Assembly: GCA_964016885.1 (NCBI GenBank)
Contig: OZ024743.1
Span: 167,400,001 to 167,464,000, forward strand
Source of the DNA: Eledone cirrhosa
Lineage: Eukaryota
Reading direction: 5' to 3'
Length of the DNA stretch: 64,000 bases
Each line of letters starts with the position of its first letter. Positions within the stretch are counted from its first letter, which is position 1. Below, in pieces: positions 52,760 to 64,000 of this stretch. The position numbers and the translations under genes are program-made. Below the pieces are notes generated by a model. The model was not told the DNA's origin. It searched no databases and worked only from the letters and a program-made list of their open reading frames with translations.

Positions 52760-55700
52760 CTTGCACTCTCCTTGACTTCTTTATAATCTAAAGAAAATTA
52801 AATTAAATAAAAACTGCTTAACATTTTTTGTTTGTTTTATTTTTATTTATTTATCTATTTGGTTTAAAAGATTCTAATTCTGATGGGGAATTAACAGATG
52901 TTATTGTCAGGAATGCAACAGAAGAAAATCTAAAATCTGCCTTTAGTGATACATCATCACTTACAGATTAGTCTGGTGCCATCATTGAGGAGGCAATGTT
53001 AGGACTAGGGGGAGAAGGGTGTCATACTATCATGGGAGAGGAAGTGTCAGCTCATTGGTGTGGCCTTGGAGAGAGTGAGTTATATCTAGCTGTATATTGT
53101 GAAAATCCTAACAATAATTGTTTCTACTTTTGGCACAAGGCCAGTAAATAACCCAGTTTATTACTGGTACTTTATTTTATCGACCCTGTAAGGATAATAG
53201 TTTCTGATTTATGCACAAGGTTAACAATTTGGGGGAGAGGGGAAATTGATTAAATTAAGCCCTGTGCATTACTGGTCCTTTAATTTATTGGATGAAAGTC
53301 AAAGCTAAACTTGGCAGGATTTAAACTCAGAATGTAAAGGGATGTAACTATATGCAACAAAGCTTATTGTCTGATACTCTACTGATACTGCCAATCCACT
53401 GCCCTTAAATGTTAATAATAACTATAATATAAACAACAATTTATAGCTGTTTACTCTGTATTGTGCAAATCCAATGATGACAGACAGTCAGACTCATCCA
53501 ACACACCAATATGAGAAAACAGGAATAAAATGATGATAATTACTGCAACTGATGCCAATTCATAAGACTTTAGGCATTTTTTTTTTCTTTCTTTTCTTTT
53601 GACCAGGGCAGCTACTTTTCAATTGAATTTTTTCAAATGAAGTGACACTGATGGACTAACTGCACCATGTTCATGGACCAATACACCATATGAAGGACCC
53701 ATCATACTTTGTAGAAAGCTTCATGAAGTACATTTCATATCTATGCTCAACAAATTCCAGTTCAGGAGGGTTGAATCCCAGGACCAGGACCTGGCTTTCA
53801 TCCACATGAGTCATAAGTTCTTCTTCAGTGTGTTTGTGAACACACCTGAAACAAAGGTCAACCAGTTACATCTTATTTCTACAAGCAACACTTACGACAT
53901 TATTACTTCTTTCATATGCAATTCATGACCAACCTTTCTGGACTATATTTTAAGGGAATCCACTTTGTACCAAACTGAAGACGTCTGTTCTTAAACTTAC
54001 TCCCCACCCTACACCTCCCATTAAATGACGTCAATGTAGTTAGTGCATTTGAAATTTATCAAGAATCTTTATCTTCTGCTCAATATCAAGATTTTTTCTT
54101 CTTCTTTGTCCACTTATTCCTGGGAGGGTCGTGAGAGCAGAGTCCTCAAGCACACCTTGCTTGGAGTTTACCTCTGGGTCTCCTGCCAGTGGGTTTTGGT
54201 CGTAAAATTTGTCGAGTGATTCTTTCTTGAGACATTTTAACCACATGCCTCTAATATCGGAGCTGTGAGCTTGCAATTTGGAGATGTAGCGGCTCTACCT
54301 GAAGCAACTATCTCATCTCCAAGCTACTCGCTGATCTCCGAGCTATCAAGATTGCAACATACATTATTCAAATATCTGGAAAAACAGATAATTTCAAAAT
54401 ATTTAACCAGTTTTCATACTATCCTATCCCAAACTGCTTCTAGTTCTATGGAACAAAACTACTTATTTTAAAGGGTTTTTATCAAAAGGAAAATCTTCCA
54501 ACCTAATCTTATATAAGAACCTTTTGTTATGTTACAAATCTATTTTAATAATTTTGGTAAATTCTTCCAAATCTTTCAAATATAATGTATTTTATTATGT
54601 AAGGGTTTAGCAGGAAGTATTTTAAAATAGATTTGTTAATTCAGATGTTTATAATATCTTTACTAGTGGACAGATCAATGTGAAAATTTGCAGCAAACTA
54701 AAGTAAATATTTTCATTTTTTACATGATGTAGTCATAATACTGTTTTGTACTTTTCAAGAATATCTTGTTAATGCAGTTTCGTGTGGCATTGGACATTAA
54801 GATTTAAAGTTTGAGGTAGTGAACAAGATACATAAGAAATTAAGGACAACTTGACGACTGTATGGAAACCCTCCTCCAGTCTCAGAAATTATCAAAGAGC
54901 ATAGAGTCAGATTAGCAGGCCATTGCTGGAGAGCTAAAGACAAAATTGTTAGTGAAATTCTTTTGTGAGCGCCTACACAAGGAAGAGCTAACAGAGGACA
55001 AGCGAAGCCCTATATCAAGCAGATTTGTGACAACATAAACTGTAATCTCCCTGACCTGCCAAATATGTTGAATAGAATTGGATGGCGACAGGGACTCAAG
55101 AGAATCCATGCAAGCAGTATGACCTATTGATTGATTGGCCATCTTCAGTGGTGAGTCTCCTAACTTACCTATTATATTGTTAGGGAATCAATGAAGATTT
55201 CAACATACTGCAGCATATTTAGCACAAGTCAAACCAGTGAACCTATCACTTTCTAAGTATACAAATACACTCAGAAATTATATAATCATCTTGATGCAGA
55301 TAGCAGTGGGATATATACCAATGTGTGAAGGTGTGTGGCATAGTGCTTAGAGTACTTACTGGGCTTCTGATCGTAAAGTTGCGAGTTTGATTCCCAGTCT
55401 GAGCAGTGCGTTGTGTCTTTCAGCAAGACACTTTATTTCAATTGGCTTCAGTTCACTCACCTGACAAAAATTAATTGTATCTAAATAAATGTTTCTACTT
55501 TAGGCACAAGGCCAGCAATTACCCAGTACATTACTGGTACTTTATTTTATCGACCCCGTAAGGATGAAAGGCAAAGTTAACCTCAACGGGATTGTATCTA
55601 AATAAAGTTGTATAGTTAATATGAAGCATTGTGAGATATATAATAAATGACTGATGAGTATTTCAGAAAGCCGGGACAATGTAATAGAAATATATAAAGG

Positions 55701-58038
55701 ACAAAGAATGACAAATAAAACAAAAAACAAAGTAATGTTTTTTTTTTACCTAGTACATTTCAACATAATATTTTAGTGTTAATACTCTCTTTTTAAATAC
55801 AAAACAAAATGAATGACAGGAACCAGCCATGTCACACATTGTGTCATGCTGAATCTCCCTGAGGACTATGTTAAAGGTAAATATGCTCAGCCACTTATAT
55901 AATAATTTTACAAGCAGGTAGTCCTATTGATTCAATCAACTGGAGCAGTCATCATCATAAATGAGGGAGGTCCAACATACACCAATGTACAAGTCAGTGA
56001 ATTTAGACATTACAAGTTGTGTCTATAGTGACAGGATATATATCACTGAGTCAACAACTTGTAAACTCAACTCAGTCAACTGTATCTAAGTCATCTCTAT
56101 AGTATAATTATAGTAATAAAGATTTCTAACACATGACCAAATATTTCAGTAACAGATGTAGCATTTTTTTTTTAATTGATTGACAAGTTCCCAGACCTCA
56201 TTTGCTTACCGAGTAGAGTGGAACTCATCAAATTGGATCAGGGAAAATATGTTTTCAATGCTGATACTATCTACCGGTCGCAAACTCCTGGCAGATATGA
56301 TCACACCTTAATACTTGATTATTGCTTATTTTATCAACCATGGCAGGATTTGAACTTAGAATGCAAAGGAACATAACTAAATACTGCAAGGCATTTTACT
56401 ATCAATTCTGCCATCCTCCACCACCACCACCAAAATAATGGTTTCTGATTTAGGCATAAGGCCAGCAATTGTGAACATAGGACTGTATGATGAGATAGCG
56501 ACCTGAGGTTAAACAAGTCAAAACATCCACTTGGACTAGGAGCACTTTCTATTAAAGTCAGATAAGCTATCGTTGGAGAGTGAAAAAAGAAACGTCTGAT
56601 GTATGATCTGTCTTTGATTATCGTGGCTGGATCATTAAACCATTTTTTCCCCAATAATTAGGTCCATAGGCTAAAATACAGTGCTGTTTTCAATTAAAAA
56701 ATTAATGTGATTGGTATTTTTGAGCTGAATGTATTGGTTATCTCAAAGACGTTTGGGGAAGTGTGCAATTTCACTGCTTGCCATAGGTTCTATTTTGCCT
56801 AGTTATGGCTCTGCCTGAGGCTAAACAACAAGTCAAATATTGATTTCATTTGACTAGGTACAAGGTTTAAGCTGCTATAGAGGAAAGTAAAGTAAAAGCA
56901 TCGGACATTTCATACTTATACTTTTTCAAAAGTTTTAAAGAGATGAAATGTCAACTGAAATATCTACAAATGAAAATCAAAAGAGAACCAAATGTCCATC
57001 TTAGTAATACTGATTTTGAAAGCAATATTTTTCGTAACTCAATTAACATACAATGAAGATATCTATTAGTTTCCGACTTAATATAGTATAAATGTCTTAA
57101 CGTTTTGGATGCTAGTCCTTCATCCAAAAATAGAATGAGAAATTAAAGAAATAGAAAGATAGAGGAGAGTAAGCAGGGGCAAACATGAAAAACAAAATAC
57201 TTCAAGTAAAAGTATGCCTGTTCATTTCACTATCTCTTGGAAAATTCAATATAAAAACGATGTGCTCATGCACGAAGATGCTATAAAATAAGGTGAAGAT
57301 CCTTAACGACGGAAAAAGAAGTTGCCATCAGCCGCTATGAGGAATCGAACCCCATATCTCCTAGATAATAGCTAAAAGCGCCTAGCTGGTATCTAGGAGT
57401 ATGGGGTTTAATTCCTCATAGCGACCGATGGAAACTTCTTTTTGTCCTTTAGGATCTTCACCCTATTTTATAGCATCTTCGTGCATGAGCACACACCTTT
57501 TTTTGCATTGCACTGCAGTGCTTCAGTCGACTCCAAGGAAGTGGCTAAAGGGGGTTATCTGCCGAGAGGCCCTATAGTCAATAGCTGGAAAAATGAAAGT
57601 GCCCATGACCATCCGGAGTACATAAGTAAACTGTCTTAAGTTTGGTGAAAATACTGTAGAAATGCATAAGTTTTACACAACATACGCGCGCGCGGCGCAC
57701 GTGTGTGTGTGTGCGTATGTATGTGTATGTTCGTCGGCGCATACGTATGTACTGGCCTAAATCTTCACTATTTACTTTTACGATGTTAAGGCAAAGTTAA
57801 AATCCCGTCGAGGTTAACTTTGCCTTTCATCCTTACGGGATCGATAAAATAAAGTACCAGTAATGCACTGGTTTTGCTGGCCTTGTGCCAAAAGTAGAAA
57901 CAACTATTTTAATAACCTGTCATTTTCGTTTACAATTTTATTTACATCATTCTTAAACTCCTTGGCTGGAAATCATTCGGTTATTTTAAATAGAATATTA
58001 GTCTAACTTACACCATAAACTTGGTCTTGTCTTTGCAT
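52760..58038 (-). CDS. Candidate FBXL15 5' coding micro-exons: 58038-58012 (MQRQDQVYG) and 52787-52760 (IIKKSRRVQ+G)
   Basis: ATG exon ends in GTAAGT at phase 0. A 28-nt exon (ttttctttag|...|gtagac) ends at phase 1, matching the phase-1 start of exon 39796. No homology support. Confidence 0.3.
57261..57493. repeat. Palindromic element with ~110-bp arms, an 8-nt loop and a tRNA-like centre
   Basis: tgtgctcatgcacgaagatgctataaaata... pairs with ...tattttatagcatcttcgtgcatgagcaca; loop 57375-57382. Confidence 0.9.
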
Positions 58039-58872
58039 GAAATTGTTCTTGTCAGTCCACCGCGACGTTTATACGTAACATAAATAGATAAGCAAATGAC
58101 GCCATAAAAGGGAAATAACTCGTCATTTGAACTGAAAAATCAATACATTACAAATTCGATTTTTACACTTGGCGTGGGTCGATTTGAAAATTTTTTTGAC
58201 CGATGCCTCCGCCGGACCTTCATCTATGAGTGTAGCAATTTCACCGAAATTTAAGGAGGTATGTGGAGATATGTGCTGACAGTTTTAGGAGACAGACAGA
58301 TATATATACACATACAGAGAAACAGTTACACAAGACAAACAACCTCTACACTTCGTCATTTGTCAGCTACCTTCCTGGCATGCAATTCCGAGCATTAAAG
58401 TAATACCAGTTTGTACAACAGACTGGAGAACGGTTCTGTTGATACGATGCATGTGAAACGATAACAAAAGGAATGGACAAAAAAAAATTATGGGTGTCTT
58501 TCGACAAAAACATAAATATATAAAAATATTACGCTAGAAATAAATAGCAACAAACTTCATATGTAAAATATGCAACATACCAACACTGGAATAAAATAAA
58601 ATAATTTTTTAACTTTTATCGGTTGTTGTAAAATGTGCAGTAAACTTCGTAAGGGTTTTGCCGTAGTGGACTAATGACTATTCCAGACTGACGCTTCGTA
58701 TGAGATATAGAATCTTATGAGAGAAATTTTTTTTTAAAGGAACAAGTTTCGATAAATAAAATTGAAAACAATACTGCAATGGTATTTTGTTTTTATCACC
58801 AGAACAATACTGTCACGATTATGTTGTTTTACAAGTTTGTGCATATACTGGTGTATGGCTAATGAATAAATA

Positions 58873-60425
58873 ATTGTTTCTACTTTTGGCACAAGGCATT
58901 ACTCAGTGCATTACTGGTACTTTATTTTATCGACCCCGTAAGGATGAAAGGCAAAGTTAACCTCGGCGGGATTTGAACTCAGAATGACAAGGGCCGTAAT
59001 TCTATGCGTCAAAGCATGGCGCCCGATCCTCTACCGGTACTGCCAATAAATAATAATAGTTTCTACTTTTGGCACAAGGCCAGCAATTACTCCAGTGCAT
59101 TACTGGTGCTTTATTTTATCGACCTTAAATCAGACCGTAACTCTATGTTGAAAAGCATGGCGTCCGACCCTCTATCGAGCTGTCAATCCAAATAATGACC
59201 TCCAATTTAAGCACAAGGCCAGCAATTTTTAGCAGGGCAAGTCGATTAAATCGATCCCGTAAGTATGAAAGGCAAAGCTGACCTCGGGCGGATTTGAACT
59301 CAGAACGTAAGGACCGTAACACTATACCACAACGCATGTTGTCCGATGTTCTACCGGTACTGCCAATTCAATAATAAAACAACAATGCTACAGATATTAC
59401 AGATAAAAAGATAATATTATTCATATGAATATATAATTTCAGACACTTCGATTTGTATTTGATGAAATGTTTCCGTTTCCTAGTTGTATACACGCTCCTA
59501 GTATCGCACGTACAAATCTATTTCTCTTCCCAGGCTTTTTGCTGAGGTAAAAAAAAAGAAACAATCAAAAAGAAGAAATCCACGTCATATAATTAGACAA
59601 TGAAGTTATTAAGTAACCAAATGTCAATCCTTATCTAGTAATTCTTTGGCTGAACGACGGGGTTCGACAAAGATCTATCATCCCAAATATTACTATACCG
59701 TCTTAAAAATATTAAATATAAAGGAAGTTGGTTCAAGCGGTGTTCGCATATCGATTCATAATCACATTTCTTTTTAATAATGCAGTCTATATAATGAATA
59801 TGATTTACAAAAGAATCAAATAAATCAGAAAGATGGGGAAAAGAACACATCCATACTTTCTCAATTACACACTGCCTCTAATTGAGGCAGCTCAGATCAT
59901 AACAGGTCTACGAGGGAGCCGTATTTATATACGCGTAACACATCAGCAACATATATGTATTTAACACTAATTAATTGTTTCTACTTTGGGCACAAGGCCA
60001 GCAATTACCCCACTGGTACTTTATTTTATCGACCCTGTAAAGATGAAAGGCAAAGTTAACTTCGGTGGGATTTGAACTCAGAATGGCAAGGGCCGTATCT
60101 CTATGCTGCAAGTCATCGCGTCCGACCCTCTACCGATACTTCCAATCCAGGAGGCCGAAACGTTAGTCTCATTACGTATTTTAATTTGTGTTAAATACAT
60201 ACATTTTGCTGATGTGTTATGCGAATATAAATACAATAAATAATTGTTTCTACTTTAGGCACAAGGCCAGCAATTAACTAGTACATTACTGGTACTTTAT
60301 TTTATCGACCCCGTAAGGATGAAAGGCAAAGTCAACCTCGGCGGGATTTGAACTCAGATCGTAAAGGGACGTAACTATGCTGGAAAGCATGGCGTCCGAC
60401 CCTCTACCGATACTGCAAATCCACC
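58873..60425 (-). mobile_element. Cluster of tRNA-derived SINEs. Other copies at ~10667-10880, 21090-21240, 29305-29480 (+), 31837-32000, 42910-43050, 53118-53405, 55490-55590, 56330-56470, 57800-57903 (+)
   Basis: Recurring consensus tggcagtatcggtagag (A box)...gagttcaaatccc (B box)...gcctttcatccttacggggtcgataaaataaagtaccag...gccttgtgccaaaagtagaaaca. Confidence 0.85.
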
Positions 60426-60733
60426 GTGGTAAATGGTGCTGTTCTTTTATCTTTAAAATAGATTCTTAAATGATTTTATTAACTGTTTATATATATATAT
60501 AAAGCAGATATCCCGCTTACTTCCCTGAGAGATCCACATATTATGAACACCGATCCACATCTTACTAAAATTTATTTGAATGCCTAGTTGTGTGTATTTG
60601 TTTAAAATCTTTCAAATAAATATAAGAACTGCCATTACGAACACCAAACACAATCAATCCAAAAGACCAAAATACTAATAACAACATTGGTAAAAACTCA
60701 AAACAAAGACTTTTTTTTCTTTTCGCTACTTAC

Positions 60734-60803
60734 TTGTACTTGGGAACATCATTAAAAGGTTTCGCACTAAAAATACCGAGCGTCTCCAGTATAACACCGA
60801 CAT
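60734..60803 (-). CDS. Alternative candidate first coding exon of FBXL15 (MSVLYWRRSVFLVRNLLMMFPST+A)
   Basis: Strong donor AA|GTAAGT at phase 1, in frame with exon 39796. Lies in a non-repetitive, relatively CpG-rich stretch. No homology support. Confidence 0.3.
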
Positions 60804-61229
60804 GAAAAACCAAAACAAAGCCCCCCAAAAAAAACAATGTTTGTGTTGGGAGCAGCACTGATATCGTTGTTGATAAAGAAGTTCAGTGGTTTGCAATGAT
60901 GTAAGGGTCAAGAAATATCAGTTCCATAAAGTATAGGAAAGAAAGAATACGAAAAATGAAATAATTATTCGACGATGAGGAAGTAGAGCGAGAGGATAAC
61001 GACAAGGGGAGAAGGAAGAAAAGAATCGTTGAAAAGCACATGTTAATCCACGTGCGATAGATAGACTTAGCGCAATTTATAGTGACAACTAGAAATGTGC
61101 AACGTAAAATGAAATGAAACGAACACTTCAATTACGGTTGACATATATATTAGCATTTTGTTTGTTGCTGATCACGCACATACTAGGATTACACACACCA
61201 CACACTTATGGGATTTTCTTATTGTCATC

Positions 61230-61822
61230 TTCTCTATACACGTTATCTAAGCCTTCTGTCCAGAGGCATTTCAAAATCGAGTAATTAACTGCCACTAGAC
61301 CTGACGGTCTTACTCTGTGTCTCTGGTTAAGAAGCAGGTGCCTTATCTGGGACGTCACAGTGAGCGAGCCTTTTACTTCTTCCCACATCCTGGATGCTGC
61401 TGTTAGGGCGAGAGCTACAGCATCCGCAGCCGAACGGAACAAAATCCTGAAATACCGAGACTGTCGGCTAATTACATTTTACAGCCTATGGTGTTCGAGA
61501 CATTTGGGGGAGTCGGGCTACTAACTGCGAGGTTCTTATCTTCACTGGTGGCTCGCCTAACAGTGGTAATTAGTGATGCTCGTGAGAGCGCTTGGTTGTT
61601 CCAGGCCATCAACCTCGCTATCACCCGAGGTAACGCTGCGAGCGTTGTTGCCTTGTCTAAAAAAATTATTAGTCTCCCAGTGCTCCCCACAATATTGCTC
61701 TGGTAGCGGTTCGGTTGTCCACCCCTTTCGCCTGCTTTTGTTGTATGTGTATTTTTTCTTTATTTTGCTCTTTCCTCTTTCTTTCTCTTTGTAATGTTAT
61801 TTATATACAAAATAAAAACAAT
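61230..61822 (+). mobile_element. Second CRE-like RLE non-LTR 3' fragment (different family)
   Basis: RPDGLTL..., LIWDVTV, AAERNKILKY, FETFGGVG, AINLAITRGNAASV; pyrimidine-rich UTR and AATAAA. Confidence 0.75.
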
Positions 61823-61946
61823 CATATATCTCAGTGCGCTGAGATACAACCGGTACTGGCATTGATAAATATGCTGGGTCCGTCAACCCTTATTATATAT
61901 ATATATATATATGGATAAGTGGAGTGTTACACACTCCTAATCCCCC

Positions 61947-62044
<98 letters not shown>

Positions 62045-62729
62045 ATAATAATAAATTTGAAGACTAAAATCCAAAGAGGGCTCGATAAGGGTAAATATAT
62101 ATCAAATATATAAGAACCGTAGAGCAAATATTTATTAAAAATACAGATTAAAGTTAAGGGTGAAAGCAGCGATTCCTTGCTTAAACTTTAATCTGTTATT
62201 TTAATATATATATATTGAAATGTTGATAGTATAATTAAACCTTTAAGGAATTACACCAGTCCAGTCTCCTGTTATTTTATAATATATATATATAGTTATG
62301 TAATAAACAACATAAGATAATTATTTCATTTACCAGTGGTTTCTTGAAAGCAACCAATATTGCTTTCATTCATCAGAATGAAAAAATCCTGGTGTTTTTA
62401 TTGAGTGGATTTGAAAAACAAAAATATAACAGATGTGAAAGTGAGGCTGGAGGAAAAAAAGGGGTGGTGGAGAATAATAAATAAGCATATATAACAACAC
62501 ACACGTACACACACACACGCGCACATATACACACACATACATGTATATATATATCCATACATAAATACACCAACATATATATATATATATATATACATGT
62601 AAAGTTATATTTAAAATTGTTGGGTTACAACTAGTAAATATTTATAACTGATATAAAAGCACTCGACAAATACTTGGAGTATATTTACAATATTAAATAA
62701 ATGGAAAACTATATTTATAAAACCATATC

Positions 62730-62795
62730 TATTTCATTATATATATTTCGGGGATATCATATTAACAATATGCTATGCCTTCATCAGACAAAATA
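62730..62795 (-). ncRNA. Minimal type I hammerhead ribozyme motif (probable PLE pLTR relic)
   Basis: Minus strand: tattttgt-CTGATGA-aggcatagcatatt(gtt)aatatgatatcccc-GAAA-TATATA-TA-atgaaata. Stem I pairs with two G-U wobbles; stem II is imperfect. Confidence 0.55.
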
Positions 62796-63254
62796 CAATA
62801 TAAACAGTTTTATAGATAAATATATTCGACATTCCTTTTAATTCATCCTCTGAGACATGTGACCTCTGCGCAGAGGAGATATTCTTTATACTAAAATCTA
62901 AAAATTCCCTTAACCTACGGACAAATTTATTCAGTTGTTGCAAACATAGATTAAACTCAACGTTTAAATATAAATTTAAATTTAAAATGTAGTATATTTA
63001 GTTTGATTTATATTTATATGAGAACTAGCCGATAAATCTTTTGATTCCTAAATCTTTGATTCCCTCTTTTTACTGTTTATTTTATTGTATTTATTTTTAT
63101 TTTTATTTTTTATTTTTATTTTTATCTAAACATTCCTCATGAAAAATTAAGCTACCCTAAAAGCCGATGCTCCAAATTTTATGAATTAACCTTACACTTG
63201 ATAAACTTATATATTAAATATAGGAACATATGTAGACATTATTGGACATCATAA

Positions 63255-63289
<35 letters not shown>

Positions 63290-63393
63290 GATATTCCTTG
63301 CTAGATGTGATTTGATAGATAATTTTTGGCTTTGTCTTGTAGTGAACTTGGCAATATATTGTCAATTAACCTTGAAGGGTTGTTCTTTGTGGT

Positions 63394-63458
63394 TTATTTT
63401 TTATTTTTATTTTTATTTTTATTTTTATTTTTATTTTTATTTTTATTTTTATTTTTAT
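63394..63458. repeat. (TTTTTA)n simple repeat in a T-rich low-complexity region
   Basis: Seen directly. Confidence 0.9.
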
Positions 63459-64000
63459 TCTTTTAGTATTGTAGTATTCTATAATATTTTTATATTTTTA
63501 TTTTTTATTTTTTATTTTATTTTATTTTTATTTTTAATATTTTTATATGTAAATTTTTATATGTAAAGTTTTAATACGTAATAATTTTAAAACATAGTAT
63601 TTTTAATATGCAATATTTTTATTATGTAATATTCTTTCGTAATATTCTTTTTTAGTTTTCTATTCTATATTTTTATATTTTTTTATATATTTTTACTTAT
63701 TATCATTATTATTGTTATCTCTGCTTATAATATAATATATATTTTCGATTAGTATATTGAAATCTGCTCTCTATTTCTGCTTGATAGATAATCTTGTAGA
63801 GTAATCGCAAGAATAATAATACGCTCAAATGTTTATACCACATTGAGAATGTTTTCCGGTAACTTTGAATTTGCGGAGTGAATCAGTTGGATTCACATAG
63901 ACATATGAATTTTTTTAAAAAACTAAACATAAGATAATGAATTTTCACGCATTGTGAATACTTGTTTCATTCAGGAATACTGATATTTACAATATAGTGT

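Noticed and set aside
57375-57425. Functional tRNA-Thr gene
   Set aside because: No 5' acceptor strand or complete D arm, and the T loop is mutated on this arm; treated as part of the palindrome.
59535-59547. Plus-strand micro-exon (ttcccag|gctttttgctgag|gtaaaa)
   Set aside because: No partner exons or homology; could easily occur by chance.
63312-63566. Hydrophobic FYFYFY ORF
   Set aside because: Translation of the (TTTTTA)n repeat.

Overview
Eukaryotic (animal) genomic DNA: AT-rich, dense in microsatellites and transposons. The repeat families (RTE LINEs with (GAT)n tails, tRNA-derived SINEs, Penelope-like elements, long (TA)n/(TATG)n tracts) suggest an octopus or other coleoid cephalopod; this is an inference. 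Two convergent host genes can be rebuilt by hand from GT-AG junctions with consistent exon phases. On +, the last four coding exons of a PARPBP/PARI ortholog (11271-21878) end in a C-terminal PIP box. On -, an FBXL15 ortholog has three firm coding exons (39796-31220) and an uncertain 5' end. The rest is mostly mobile DNA: a full-length decayed Mag-type Gypsy element with paired LTRs, PBS and 5-bp TSD; a CsRn1-type Gypsy fragment; many RTE LINE copies; two CRE-like RLE non-LTR fragments; Penelope-like fragments with minimal hammerhead ribozymes; mariner; piggyBac plus a MITE; a long-TIR DNA element; and many SINEs. Most unusual observations: a ~230-bp palindrome built from a tRNA-like sequence and its reverse complement, the hammerhead motifs, a perfect 39-bp foldback at an RTE 5' junction, long intronic inverted repeats, and a frame-required GAG splice acceptor. 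I see no convincing new multi-gene system. Most long ORFs in the track are microsatellite artefacts. Family assignments come from recalled motifs, not database searches.
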